64,000 nucleotides of DNA, taken from NCBI RefSeq assembly GCF_009914755.1, contig NC_060933.1; one strand, 5' to 3'. Positions within the stretch are counted from its first letter, which is position 1. The number at the start of each line of letters is the position of its first letter. Origin of the DNA: the human T2T-CHM13v2.0 reference genome, Homo sapiens. The notes under the pieces were generated by a model, which was not told where the DNA came from, ran no database searches, and saw only the letters and a list, made by a program, of their open reading frames with translations. The translations under genes were made by a program, and so were the position numbers. Shown here in pieces: positions 1-13,420 of the stretch.

Positions 1-320
1 AAAATAAAAATGACAGAAAGGAAAAGAAGATTTTTTCCATATATGATGCTGGGTCAATTAGATATCAAGGTGGAAAAACTAATGCATATTGACTTCTACC
101 TCACATCATACACTAGAGTTAATTCCAGATACATTGAATAATTAAATGTAAAAAAGGGAAACGCTACTGTTTTCAGAAGAAAACCGGAGAGTATCTTTGT
201 AATATTCAGTTTGTATGCGAAGATTTATTAAGCAGGATTATTTATTAAACATCATTTTCTCTTGATGATTACAACACAGTAATCATCAAGAGAGAAAAAT
301 GATAAATTGGAGCGTTAAGA

Positions 321-510
321 CTTTTGGGTTGCAGAATCAGGCAAATTCTGGAACTTCACTCGGAATTGGACCCTTGGTTTTTCTTCTCTTTCCTCATCCT
401 GCTCTTCCCACTCACTTACTTGTTTCTCTTGGGAACACTTCCTCAATATATCACTCACATAGCAACCTTTGGCTCAAAATTTGATTCTGTGAATATCTGA
501 CCTAAGACAC
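321..510 (+). mobile_element. ERVL LTR (LTR16-like) 3' fragment
   Basis: Ends in acacttcctcaatatatcactcac...ctgacctaagaca, resembling LTR16-family 3' ends. Confidence 0.55.
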
Positions 511-1123
511 GTTATGAAAAAGTGCTTATGCTCAAAATATCATCAAGGAATTAAAACCACACTGAAATAGCTTACATAACTAAGAGAATGGCTAAAATTT
601 TTTTAAAAATGAAGTAAATGAGAGGGAGACAAAACATCAAACATTGGTAAGAATGCTGAGCAATCACAATTCTTATTTTCAACGCTATAGAGGTATAAAT
701 TGGCACAATTATCTCGAAAAATGCTTTTTAATATCTTCTAAAGCTAAATTTATCAATATGTGATAACCAAATTATTTTATTTCTAGATGTGTGTCCAGTG
801 GAAATGTATACATATTTATCAAAATACATATACAAAAATATTCACGGTAGTACTAACTCTAATTGACTAAAAATAAAAACTACTCAAACACCCATCAATA
901 ACAAAATGGATGAATAAATTATAGGGTATCCACAAAGCGGGACCAACAAACAATAACAACATGAACATGAATGAATATCAAACTACTCAAGCACAACAAA
1001 GAATCTATACTGTAACATTCAATTTATGTAACGTTCAAAAATAAACAAAAATAATATTAGTGCTGGGTATCAGGACAATGATATCCTTTGTGGGGATTAT
1101 AAAGTTGAAGAGAGTTTAGCGGG

Positions 1124-1540
1124 ATGATATTGTTTGGATTAGTGTCCCCACCCAAATCCCAAATCTCATGTTTAATTGTAATCCCCAATATTGGAGGTGG
1201 GGCCTGGCGGGAGGTGACTGAATCATGGGAATGGATCCTTCATTGATGGTTTAGCACCATCCCTTTGGTGCTGTTCTCATGATAGATTTCTCAGGAGATC
1301 ATGTTGTTTAAAAGTGTGTGGCACCGCGCATCTCTATCTCTTCCTCCTTCTCCGGCCATGTAAGAAGTGCATGCTTCCACTTTGCCTTCTGCCATGATTG
1401 TAATTTTCCTGAGGCCTTTCCAGAAGCTGATGCCAAAATGCTTCCTGTACAGCCTGCAGAACTGTAAGCCAGTTAACCTCTTTTCTATATAAATTACCCA
1501 GCTTCAGGCATTTCTTTATAGCAGTGCGAGAACTGACAAC
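1124..1540 (+). mobile_element. MaLR solo LTR (MSTA-like)
   Basis: tgatattgtttggatt..gtccccacccaaatc, ggaggtggggcctgg, cttcctgtacagcctgcagaactgtaagcca, aaattacccag..ttctttatagcagtg. Confidence 0.9.
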
Positions 1541-1899
1541 TTGAGGGGCTTCTGAGTTGCTGATAATATCCTGGGTTTTGATCTTGCTGTGTAATTCATA
1601 GAGGTGTGTTTAGATTGCAAAAACACAAATTATAAGCTTTATACTTATTGTGTATTACTAGTATGTTATGCTTCAATAACAAAAATAATAAAGTGTTAAG
1701 CTCAGTTCAGCTAAATGTTAGTTCAAGTCATGTGAAAGCAAGAAGTCATGTATGCAAGCAATTAGAGAGAACTCAATCAACTGCAGTGATAAGTTACACT
1801 ATACTGAAAATTAGACACACATTGTAACATCAAGGTGGCATAATTTTAAAAGTTAGACATGCACAGACTTTCTATGTTAAATTCAGTGCCTTGTTAGAA

Positions 1900-4800
1900 A
1901 AGAATAAAACTGAGAGCTGGCATGGAGGTTTTGCGTGAACAACTCTTAGAATCTTGAAATCCAGACACCTCTGAACCTACCAGGCTGGCAGAAGCAGCTC
2001 CTTCCCAATTGTCTGAGATGAAACCTTTCTCTTGTCTGGGGATCATAAGACCTCAATTCACTGCAAAAAGTGCTCCTCAGGATGTACTCCTAACATAACT
2101 CACGGCCAGCAAGTTGATAGTGAGCACTCAGTATCAGCATTGGTGTTTCTAAGACTCAGTTGTGGTATCTCTTTGAAGTATGGACATGATGAATAATTAT
2201 AATAAAATGGAGACACTGGAGTGTTCATGATAGTATAAGAGGTCAAAAGAACAAAGGAGTATCATTATCATATTTATTATATGAGACCTGAGGACCCATT
2301 AACTGACAATGTTGCATGAGGAAGCCCAGATAACATTTGATTCACTAAGGCAATAATGAAAGAACTGATGAAGGATCTACCAGCATCTTTCAGAAGCTCA
2401 GGCATGTTTCTCCTCCATAGGCAGAAATTAACAGTGGACAACATTGTCATAAAACTAGGCTACTTGGTATTAAAATTGTGTGTAGAAAATTGTATAATGG
2501 CAGAGGGTAGCCTGTTAACTGTCAGATGCAAAGTAGGTGTAGCTACTGTAATGCTAGCAAGGCTGCGGATGGCTTGCCTGTGAGATTTTGTAGTAATAGC
2601 AATTAGATCATAATGTTCTTGGGATAAGACAGAATGACAAACAACTAGGGTACTGTTCAATATATATGATAAATATAAAAATATATGTGTAATACTGGCA
2701 GACAGAAAGCAGCAGTCAATCATCGCAATAGCAAATTTTGTAGAGACTGAGTGCCTGACCATGCAGCACCACATGACTCTGGGAGAGAGGGAATGCCCAT
2801 CATGACCTGGTTATTATCAGATTCCTCGAGTCATAAAGATGAGCAGACATAACAATGGAAAGTTGTTTGATGGAGAAATTACATATTCTAGATGGAGCCC
2901 AGCCAATTATAGGGAGTAGAAGTAAGTTACATGAACATGTGGCTCAGAACGCCATGTTGCCTATCTCTGCTGTGCTGAAGCAGTACCCTTAACTTATACC
3001 TTTAGTCTAATGGGAGTTCCTTGTGATAAACTACTGGAGGAAAATAGAACTCATGCAGATGGGTTGGTGATAGCAAAAACATACTATTGGCACAGTACAA
3101 TCCAAGTCAGGGATAACTCAAAAAGATAGTCATTAAAAGAAATCCTTCTAATGGAAAAGATGCAAACAGTAATTAGACAGTTCCCAACTTACAATGCTTC
3201 AACTTAAGTGTTTTTTTTTTTAAGTTTACAATAGTATGAAGTGATAAGTATTTAGTAGAAACTATATTTCAGGTACCCATGCAACCATTCTGATTTTTAC
3301 TTTCAGTGCAGTATTCAATAAATTATGTGAGATGTCCAAAACTTTATTATTTAATAGGCTTTGTGTTAGATTATTTTGCTCAACTGTAGGCTACTGTAAG
3401 TGTTCTTAGCACATATAAGGTGGGCTAGGCTAAGCTATGATTCTCAGTAGGTTAAGTATATTAAATGCATTTTTGACTTATGATATTTTCAGCTTGCAAT
3501 GGGTTTATCAGGATGTAACTCCAATGTAAGTTAAGGAAAATCTGCATTCGGATATTCATTCTGTATGTATGGAGAAGACATTTGAAATAGAGATATACAA
3601 ATATTTCTGACCAGTTGTAAATGACTTGCTTCATTAGTCAAGAGTCTGAAAAATCAAGATTGGCAGATAAGACATAAGAAAGCCTGAGATAGAGACACAT
3701 GGACAAATATCTGGTATCATGTACAAAATGTGAAGATCTTTGTCTCTCTTATTAATTTTCACCATATAGAATCCACTACAGAAGACATTCTCAACAGTGG
3801 AACTGGACAATACACTTGCACAGTAGCCACTATGGCATAGATGGGTACTAGGTATAGGCCTGATGACATGTGCTTTCTTTACTTAATCCGAGCTAACTAA
3901 TGTCTGTTGAATGTTCAATATCCTAGCTGTAGAAACTGATGCTAACTCATTGATGTGGCAGAATTACTTGAGGAGACCAGTCCTTTACTGAGAGGAAGAT
4001 GGATTACATCCTAAACCTTCCTCAATGGAGAGGCAGTGATTCATACTCACTGGAATTGACACCCACCTATGCCAGGTATGGGTTTGCTTTCTCTGCTTAC
4101 AGTGGTTTCATCGTAACCATTATCAGAAGCTTACATAATGCCTGATCTAGTGGTATAATTTCCTGCATGCCATTGCCTCACATCAGAGCACTAATTTTAT
4201 GGCAGATTTGACAATGGGTGTATAAAAGTGAAATTCCCTGATTTTTAGGCCTTACTATTCAAAATCATCTGGCCTAATAAAATGAGAGAAAGCTAGGGTG
4301 CCAGCTTGGGGATAACCACATATAAGGTTTGTGGTTCTTTCTCTAATAACTAAAATGCATGGAACTAGAAACAATAAGGTAGGAATAGGGTTGGTCTCTC
4401 TCACCCTGTTACCGTTACTTTCAAGGAAGCACTTGTAAAACCTGTGCTCTCCATCTGTTGACTTTAGAGTATGCTATATATATGTTTTGTTTGATGAGAA
4501 AAGGTGGAGGGTACTGGGAATGATAAACATGTCTACCAGAGGACACAATAAAGCTTCCACTGAACTTTAAGCTCCAACTACCATCCAATCTCTTTGGCAA
4601 TTAGTGCCTGCTAAATAGCAGGAAAAGATGAGAGTTACTGTACTGTAGAGGTAATAGATTGATTATCAAATAAAGGTAGGGATTATACTATACACTATGG
4701 GCAACAAAAAATGTATCTGACAACTAGGGGACTGCCTGATCGATCTCCTAGGTATTTCCTTGTCTAGTGATAATGGTGTATGGGCAATTGTCCCGTGAAG

Positions 4801-5104
4801 GCCAAATTAAGTAACAGTTGACTCCTTATGGATAAGAGTCTTAGCCACTCCATTGTTCATGGGCTCCATATACACCAAAGTGCTTGTTGGAGGTAAAGTC
4901 TATATAATATGGTTGGTCAAGGAAAAAGAAATAAATATCAATTAATGCTTTGGATCAGTTAAGTTACAGTAACTGAGATTATATTTTATTGACCCTCTTG
5001 TATTAAATATTTGTAGAGGGATTCCTGCTGTTTACCGTGAAGGAGATTTAGATGAATTGATTTATTAGAGGGCACATGGGAACTGAGTGGTGCAAAGAGT
5101 GGAC
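1900..5104 (+). mobile_element. Degraded ERVL (HERV16/ERV3-16A3-like) internal region
   Basis: Integrase-like remnant ctcactggaattgacacc...tatgggtttgctttctctgc near 4045-4100; purine-rich tract (ggtgcaaagagtggac) just before the LTR's TGT at 5105. Confidence 0.65.
3174..3544 (-). mobile_element. MER47A (TcMar-Tigger) DNA transposon nested in the ERVL
   Basis: taaggtgggctaggctaagctatgat..gtaggttaagtatattaaatgcatttttgacttatgatattttc; terminal inverted repeat-like ends. Confidence 0.85.
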
Positions 5105-5598
5105 TGTATTAGAAAGATACATTTTAAACTTTACTTTGATTACTGTCCTAATCCTATTACAGACGCTACCGTGGTGACCTGTTCTGTTTTGTCCAGTCAG
5201 CTTCGCATGACGAATTGTGACAGTGCTTTAGTGCAGGCCTGGGCTATGTACCTCTCATTTCCTGTTCCAAGACTGGGTACTCACATATGTGTAATCTAGA
5301 AGTGCAGAAAAGTGAATACCCTGTGGAGAATTTTTTGATCAATGAGTGAGAGAGCTGATGGATGAATAGTGTTTCTCTAGGCAAACATCTCCAAAGACTC
5401 ATTTTAGGAAGTCCATAGCATCAAGCATTCAGTTGTTTATAGAAGAGGCTAATATGCTTCTTTATAATGATTTTTTATCATGTACTATCTTGCTCCTTCT
5501 GTGCCAGATTCCTACTGTCTGGATTGCTCTCCCAAATAAAGTACTTGCACTTAAACCTTTGGTCAGTCTCTCCTTTCTAGAGAATACAAGCTAAGTCA
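5105..5598 (+). mobile_element. ERVL 3' LTR (LTR16/LTR33-like)
   Basis: Starts TGT after the purine tract; ctcccaaataaagtacttgcac...gctaagtca end. Confidence 0.65.
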
Positions 5599-6548
5599 AA
5601 TATCGAAGTCTCAAGTGGGTGCTTAGGTAAATGAACATGAGGCTTTGCTTATGGAGTTCAGAATGGAGTGGACATCCTGAGCTTCCTAAGACTGAGAAGG
5701 CTGGTAGTCAGGATTTTTGAGCCTCTCAAGCAGTACTGAATTACTAAGAAGGCTAGCAGAAGTGTGAAGGTTGGGAACAGAATATAATAACTGTGAACTT
5801 GATGACTGAAAATCATGACAAAGCTCTTACAATTATGACTGTATGCAGCACAAAGCAAATATCAAAAAAGAGACGTTATTCTTGAAAAATGATCAGAAAG
5901 AACACAGAAGAGCATACAGAGCCGAAGTTACTCTACACGTGTGTTCCAAATCCACATGTAAGGTTTTATATCACTCCCAAAAGGGATTGCAAACTGGATG
6001 GAGCAATACTGTTTTTTCTACTCTCATTTTACCAAACAAGACAGACTTAAACCCTGTACTGAATTAGTTACTATATATTTGTAAAACATAATTCCATAAT
6101 CAGTGGAAACTATTGTTCAAGAGAAAAATTATTTCAGATAAATAAGTATTGTTTTAACTTCTGCACAGGGGTTTATAAACCTTCTGGTAATATAAATTTT
6201 CAACCCACTAAAGCTGTAAATCCAAACCAAACGGTGCATTTCTAAAGCAGATGTTTTAGTGTTCTAGACAAAGGTGTGCTACCAAAGTAACATTCTATTA
6301 GCATATATAGCTCTATTTCATGAGATATGGCATTATAGGTCTTTTGTTTTGTTTGTTTTGTCAGGTAAATGATCCATGAGTTCATCTGGGAGGTATACAG
6401 AAAACTCTTTAGTTTTCCTTTTCTGATTATTTTAATGTATCATTTTAACAGTACAATTACTTTCATATCCATTGGAAATAAAACTCTTGGGCTGAATTGA
6501 ATTATTGTTAACTTAGTTAAACTGGAAACTGTTTTCTAGAATTATCTT

Positions 6549-7110
6549 TCCTATAAGAGTTAGGATTAGAATTGGCCAAAGGAGAAACTTGTATGAAATA
6601 TGGAAGGTGGAGGGAAGTAAAGACCATTACTATCAGGGGTTAATGGGTCATCTTGAGTGATGGGCAGACACAGAAGTCCCCAGGAGTCCCAGCTTGCCTT
6701 CTTACTATCTGTTCTACCTGCAGTTCATCTTCCTGACCGATGGCCCTGCTGACTACCACCCACAGATGCTTGCCTGCAGAGCCACAGAGGTGGCAGCCAA
6801 AACAGAGGCAATGGCTTTCTAGAGACCTTTCAATAAGCATCCCATTTTGCTCATTGCTCATCAATGAGCAGAGCCATTTTCAAGGCCAGATGTGCTGGGC
6901 TCTCAGAATTTCCTGTGAGATCTGACTTGTTGACTCATAGTGGGGCTTCAGTAGGAATAATTGATTTCTTCTCTGATCTTCTGACATCCTCCTTCCATAG
7001 CTTCATTTTCTCAGACTCTCCCACATTTTGTAGAAGGTCTAATCAATAAATTCTTCATTCTCTTAATATTTATTGTGACTCCACTTCCCTGAATGAACTC
7101 TGACTTACAT
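6549..7110 (+). mobile_element. Old ERVL-type LTR
   Basis: 3' end caataaattcttcatt...cttccctgaatgaactctgacttaca typical of ERVL LTRs; subfamily uncertain. Confidence 0.45.
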
Positions 7111-7639
7111 GTCTCCAAACTAATTCCACTTTCAAAGAAATAGACATTTGTTGGGCCCCTATTTTGACCCAGGCACTGATAATTCAAATCTCTTTAAGAT
7201 TAGTATGAATAATTTAATCATGATTAAATAGAACTTGTACATTTAAATAGCTGACTTTAATCCCAATTTCATCTCAGAATTTAAAGACATTGATGATACA
7301 AATCTTTTCCAATCCTGGTAGGCACAAAAACGTTTCTTTGCACCCCTTCCCTCCCCCCAGCAGTGAGTCTTCTTCCCTAGTCCACTGGGCTAGGGCTTTG
7401 GCAAGTACAAAGAGTGGTGACCGTAAGTCTGAGCCTGCTTTTACTGGTAGAACAACTCTCACTATTTTATCTGCATCTGTTATGAAGAAAAATATATTAC
7501 CATGGATCTTTTAAACCCAGACCAGACATTTGAACTGTCATTTTCACCTCTGATTTCCATCAAGGTTCACAAAGCTTTTAAAGGCACTCAGTAATGTATC
7601 CTGTATATCAAGATCCACAAAAGGCGACGTTTCTGTTCT

Positions 7640-7819
7640 ACAGGGGTGAGAGGCAGAGCGCCGGACTCTTTGTAGCCCACGACCAGGGAGTTCAAAAGCA
7701 CCAACAAAGGACTTTTATGCAGCCAAGGACTTTTTTCTATGACTTTTATTCTGAGCAAAATGTATTCAGCCAAGAAAGAATGGGAAATAGTGGTCTTAAA
7801 ATAATTTCCGTGGCAGAAA
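7640..7819 (-). pseudogene. Kinase exon remnant, subdomains VIb-VIII
   Basis: aatccAG|TTT CTG CCA CGG AAA TTA (FLPRKL; shifted frame FCHGN), compare FIHRDL; then ISHSFLA and CAT TTT GCT (7754-7762; H-F-A, two substitutions from GAT TTT GGT = DFG). 3' boundary uncertain. Confidence 0.6.
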
Positions 7820-8301
7820 CTGGATTTCAAATGATATAATGAACTAATGTGCAGTACAGAGATGGAAATAATTAGCTCAGAGAAGGCATTTGATAGAGTT
7901 AGCAGAAAAATAATTGATCTACATTTTATGTGATTCTTATAAAAACGAACTCTATGGGAAAATTAGTAGTCTTTGATAGGTATATTCAAAAATACAGATT
8001 CACAATAAATATTGGCATTACATTTTGTGAAATGTCATATAGGCTGGATTACAATTCAGATATTCTGTTTATGAGTCCATAAATATGTTCTTTTTCATGA
8101 TGGAAATTTCCATTTTCCTTTTAGATTTGCGATTTTAGTACATAGATCTTGCTTATCTATTGGGTATTTATAAGTTTTAAGATTTCATCAAGATGTTGAC
8201 AAAATTTACAGGATACAGATAAAATGGAATTTTGACATGCATAAAACATTACAACAAGATTTAAATGAGAATAACACTGGAAAACATCAAGCAATGTTTA
8301 C

Positions 8302-8410
8302 CTGCTTTGTCAAAAAACTGGTGCTATTCTTTGGATACTCAGTTTACACACATCAGGTCATTTGTTTAGCTGTGGTATGGAATTGTGTTGATCTGCCCAT
8401 ACTCTGGTGA
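8302..8410 (-). pseudogene. Kinase exon remnant, subdomain VIa (alpha-E helix)
   Basis: ctctAG|...|GTAAAC; reads PQL/TNDLMCVN*VSKE/FLTKQ| (compare FGFR [34 protein letters not shown]); ends in phase 0 immediately before the catalytic-loop exon. Confidence 0.7.
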
Positions 8411-8534
8411 CTAGAGTTAATGGTTATGAAATTTTGAATTCCTTTAGCATCCAGGTGAATTATTTACAGAAGAGAAGTAACAATTGCCTAGGAAACCACA
8501 TTGTTTACCACTATTGTCTCATCTCAGACTACTT

Positions 8535-8861
<327 letters not shown>

Positions 8862-9549
8862 TGATGAGGGTCCTTCTTGCCCTAGTGGTATGGCCAGTAT
8901 TTGTGAGCTACAGCTTCTGCTTCAAATGGAATGTACTTTTTAATTCAATGACTTTACAGCTCTTAAATTATTGATTGACTTTAGTACCCTGAACACTGGC
9001 CGTTTTAAATTCCTTCCTGCCTGAAGCTTTGTCCCGACTTTGGTATTCATTTTTCTGGATTCTACATGTAGCTTGTTTGGGACTTTATGGTCTATCTCTC
9101 TCAGTCTTGGTATAATCTTAGTTCCTGCTTTCGTTTTGATATGCCCCTATCCTGATGTGTAACTACTTACTATCCTGAATTTCAGAGCTGGAAAGAATAA
9201 CCATCTATGCACACTAATTCTCAGTACAGCAATTTATCCTTTGCTCTCCTCAACTTGGCCTATGTGTATTGTTTCCGATTTTCAACGAGGTTATTCCTCT
9301 AAGTCCTGATATTAAGAAATGTTTACACAGATTTTTTAAAACACTCAGCAATGTATCCTGTATATTAAGATCCATATTATTATTATCCTTATTATTATCT
9401 ATAATGATAATGGTTGTTGTTATTATTATTATTATTACAGCTTCAGTTAGGAGCCAGCACTGTGTCAACAGGGACTGAGTCATTAGGCACAACCCCCTGG
9501 AGCTGTGTAGAGCACAGCCTGAGCAACTCTCCACAGCAGCATCCTAATA

Positions 9550-9750
9550 GCTGGCACTTTAAAGCATAATTCTTTATGTAATTCTCTCAATAGCAGTGCA
9601 AGATAGTTATGATTGTGCTCATTTTACAGAGGGTGGTTCCTAAGGCTCAGAAAAGTTTAGCCAGGTGCCCCAAATCATTCAACCAGCAAGTCATAAGATG
9701 AAGTTTTTACTTCAGATTTGACTCCAAACCGCATGCTTTTGTCATTATAC
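9550..9750 (-). mobile_element. MIR
   Basis: cattttacagaggg..aaggctcagaaaagttt..tgccccaaatca core. Confidence 0.7.
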
Positions 9751-9960
9751 CTTGACTTTGCATTGATTTTTTTTAAATTGTATACAGTATGTAGTAATTT
9801 AGTATTTAAGTGGGGGAGCTGTTGGCCTATGCTGTCTTTCTTGTGAATATTTCCTATATTTCACACATTTTCTTAAAACACCAGATATTAAGGGGAGAGG
9901 GTGTAAAAGAACACAGTAATCTACAAACTTTATGTACTGCAGGAAGTAATTTGGATTTAC

Positions 9961-10154
9961 CTCTAAAGACAATTTGTTTACTTCTTAGATTTGGGAAATG
10001 CTGGAGTGATCTTTGTTATAATGTTACCATGCTGGTTAAGAATATTTTCAAGGTTATGGGCATAGGGGCTAAACTAATTAGCAATTGATGACGTTGGTTA
10101 TTCCTAGACACCCTCCTTTAGCTCCCCGGAAATGGTCAAGAGCACGTTCTAAGG
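9961..10154 (-). pseudogene. Kinase exon remnant, subdomains III-V
   Basis: atatAG|...|GTAAAT; ALERALDHFRG/ELK..CLGITNVIN/LL...QHGNI...NLRSK, compare TEK [26 protein letters not shown]...HGNLLDFLRKSR. Confidence 0.7.
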
Positions 10155-10582
10155 CTATATTTGATAAGTTCCTTCACTGGCTGCTCACAGAGACATAAGG
10201 ACATCGTGTCAGACATGATTTCTGACCTTTTCACACATGTTTGTGGGGAGCAACACTCAACTAGTGAACAATAAACTGATTTCATTTATAGTTTAAAAAA
10301 TCTTTCGAACATCAATATGCAAAATCCAAATAAAATCAAATTGAAAAGCAAGCCCATTTAAGTCATTTACATGTATTATGGCTATGTATGATAATATTAG
10401 TAGAAGAAATAGGGTGAGGGCCACAAGGAAACTATAATTTTAGCAACTTATGAATCTTAAACTACTAAACAAAAAAAAGTTTTAAAAGTTTTAAAAAATT
10501 AATAAAAGTATGTCTGCTCTTAAGGTATTTTCCTTTTGAAATCAGACACATTGTTCTTTCTAAGTCTTCACTAATTCAAATG

Positions 10583-10692
10583 TCTTTCATTAATTTCAGT
10601 GCAATTAATTCTGTAATGGTGGCCACATTTATCCATGTAGGAGCTAATTCTAGAACAGTGGATACTTTGTCTATCACAATTAACATAACGAT
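10583..10692 (-). pseudogene. Kinase exon remnant, subdomains I-II
   Basis: Open frame LIVIDKVSTVLELA...TELIALKLMK (IALK = VAIK motif, Lys codon 10594-10596; eroded P-loop). Long pyrimidine tract upstream, but splice dinucleotides appear lost. Confidence 0.7.
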
Positions 10693-11079
10693 ATATAGAG
10701 AAGAAATGAGCAAATAAAACAGAAAGGCAAAATAAAAGAGAGTTTCTAATAGTGGGAGAAGATCACGAAGAACCATCAAAAACATTGAAAATATATTTTG
10801 AATTGTTTGAATTTGGGATAAATAGTGAAATTATGTTTCTTGCTGAACAAATATTTGTGGACCTCTATACCACAACATAAAAAAAGTTTAGAAATATTAA
10901 TACAGTAGGAATGAAATCATGGGGCTAAAAGGCATTCCTTTATTTTCTTTTTTATAATCGTTTATTGTAATCATCATCAATCTTGTTTATCATTTATTAT
11001 ACACTTAGTTTTTGTAAGGCGCTGTTCTAGGTATTACCAAGTTTTATATTATAATCCCTTATATTCTAGCTAGACTTAC

Positions 11080-11111
11080 CTATATTTGATGAAAACATTC
11101 CTTGTATTTTG
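11080..11111 (-). pseudogene. 32-nt juxtamembrane exon candidate
   Basis: tttttatttttaatAG|...ATAG|GTAAGT, both strong sites, located between the TM and kinase exons. Confidence 0.5.
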
Positions 11112-11249
11112 CTATTAAAAATAAAAACAACTGGTAAATCATTAATGTAATTACTATCTGTAAGTATTTTAATTTAGTAATATCTTTTCAAAAAAATAAA
11201 ATTTTCACATGTACACCATACTGTAAAATGATGTATAACACTAAAGCTT

Positions 11250-11540
11250 TGATTCATTTATTTTTGAGTTCCAACTATGTCCTCAGTATTCTGCTAAAAT
11301 AGAATGGTGATATAACAGACTTGCTGAAGCTTAGAATATAGTGGGGAGATAAATAGAAATGGTAGTTAAAATATAACTTAAAATAAATACATAGTTACAA
11401 ACTGTAACAAGAATTATAAACAGAAAGGTTCAAAGTTAAGAAATTTAGGTTCTCTTCTGAGCCCTGTCATTAACTAGCAGTAAAACATTCAGAGTATTAC
11501 ACACTCTTGGACCACAAATTTCTCACCTAAAAATTCTATT
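11250..11540. mobile_element. L2 and MIR fragments
   Basis: attcatttatttttgag..actatgtc..agcttagaatatagtggggaga (L2), followed by a MIR-like core. Confidence 0.5.
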
Positions 11541-12019
11541 TTGCAGACACTTTGATTCTATGTTTGCATGTATAAGTGGATTTCTTATTTATATTTTATT
11601 TTTATAGATTTTTAAAAGAAATACCTATTTATAATGTAGTTAATTATCTGGAAATTGCCAGAGTTAATATTCATTATTAAATAACTTTTTCAATATAGCA
11701 CACACACACATAAAAAGACCATAAGATTTGGTATGAATTTGATCCTAAAGCTATATTTTAAATAAAATATGTTTATCAAAATTTTATCTCAATATTCTAT
11801 ATTTTCACTGCATTGTTTAAGGTTAAAATGCAATTTTCTTCTTGGGTTTGAGATAAATTGCACTACTGATAGATTTTTCATCAAGATTTAGTTTTAATAT
11901 TTTAGTATTGCCCCATATATGCTTAACTATAGCTTATGAAAAATTTCCTAAAACAAGCTTTACATAGATCTTATTTATTTTCTTCTGGGTTATGAGAGCA
12001 CAGCTAATACATATCACTT

Positions 12020-12240
12020 GCTTTGTGCTGGGTACTACATATCACTTTTTACACAACTGTTGAATGTGATGCTGTTGTATGTGTTGGTGCTTATATGGAT
12101 CTCAATATAAAGGTGAAAAAATGGAGGTGATTACTAACTACCCTGCCTAAGTTGTCAGTAAGGGAGAGGGCAAGATTTGAACCCAGTCAGTCTGCCTTCA
12201 AAGTTTGTACACCTGCAACTGGGCGACTCTGCCTTCCTTA
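12020..12240 (-). mobile_element. MIR
   Basis: gcaagatttgaacccagtcagtctgccttcaaag. Confidence 0.65.
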
Positions 12241-12363
12241 GCAAACATCTAAATTTGGCTTTACATTTTTGGATACTAACTAATGTAGACCATCCCTTCA
12301 CTAACCTGGTACTAAGTTCAGACAACACTTTTTGACAGTTTTAATGTGATAAAATGTACTGAC

Positions 12364-12447
12364 CTGCCTTTCGGCATTTTCTATACTTTTCTTTTTCGTT
12401 AGTCTAAGAATGGGATTATTATGGACTTGTTAAAATGGCAGGAAAAC
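12364..12447 (-). pseudogene. Transmembrane/stop-transfer exon remnant
   Basis: tcctgtAG|...GCAG|GTCAGT, 84 nt; GFPAILTS/IIIPFLD*RKRKV: hydrophobic run then a basic cluster. Confidence 0.55.
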
Positions 12448-12589
12448 CTACAGGACACTTTTAAAGAGCTGTGACCTAGTTTTGTAAGTGTGCAATGTGC
12501 TGTTAAGGTTTAAGGTTAAGATAAGGGTTTCTTTGCCTTAAATTTGCAAATCTCTGTTAATGAACCTCAATTATGGCCTTAACTTGGTT

Positions 12590-12745
12590 GCTTCTCCATA
12601 TATATCAGAGCTTGAAGGAAACTCTTAGTACCAAAAAATTTAGAATTGGAGCAGTCTTTCGTAATTTGGCCCAATTCCCTGCTTTATAACAGGAGCATTT
12701 AATTGGGTTGAAATCCATCAATCCAAGTAACTTGCCAGCATAATT
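12590..12745 (-). pseudogene. Membrane-proximal FN3 C-terminal half remnant
   Basis: WIDGFQPN*.../KAGNWA or GIGP, compare FN3 consensus I.GL.P.T.Y..V.A.N..G.GP. Confidence 0.5.
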
Positions 12746-13186
12746 GCAATTTCAAATGAAAATTAGAGTCAAATGTGGTAATGAAAAACATTGTTCCTTA
12801 AAACAAGTTGTTTGTTAAAGTTACTTTGAATACTGTTACGTTCTAGGCAGTGTTTACTGTAAACACACTATTTGTTGTATTAATTTCATAGAAAAAAGAA
12901 GAGATTAACCTCCAAAAAAGAATGCTTTCACAGTCTTAACTATCTTATATACAACATTTTTTAACTTAATGAGGTAGTACAAAGGAAATAATGATGTTTG
13001 CAATTTTTAGTGTGTTTATATTCAATAAATTCATTGTAAATGTATCTAAATATTTATAGCTGTATTGTTTTCGGGAAATATATTTTCCCTTAAAATTTTT
13101 AGAATTAGACATAAACAATTACGGTCAACTTGTTCTCAATCCTCAATCTTGGTTACTCATTAGCCTCACAGGGAGGATATAAACAG

Positions 13187-13221
13187 ACACACACACACAC
13201 ACACACATACGCACACACACA
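13187..13221 (+). repeat. (CA)n microsatellite
   Basis: Read directly from the sequence. Confidence 0.9.
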
Positions 13222-13420
13222 AATGTTGTAATCCCAACCTAGGAAAATAAATCAATCTCCAAGGTGGAAATGAGTCAATGCTATTGTTTTATGCATCTTC
13301 CCCTCCCCACCAGATTAGTTTTATAATTCATGCCTTCTTCCCTTTTCTCATTGCTGACATCAAACTGTGATGTCTTTCTAGGCCTGTAAGAATATTTCCA
13401 GATACCCACCCTATGCAGCC

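Larger units (their letters stand above)
1..1690 (+). mobile_element. Old L1M (L1MC/MD/ME-type) LINE 3' portion, interrupted by two LTRs
   Basis: Diverged L1 ORF2-end/3'UTR motifs (ctacctcacatcatacac, aaaaccacactgaaata, cccatcaataacaaaatggatgaataaattat, gcttcaataacaaaaa). Confidence 0.75.

Noticed and set aside
7500-7545. VQMSGLGL as a STYK1-like DFG replacement
   Set aside because: It lies downstream of a better-placed DFG remnant at 7754-7762, so the order is wrong; probably chance.
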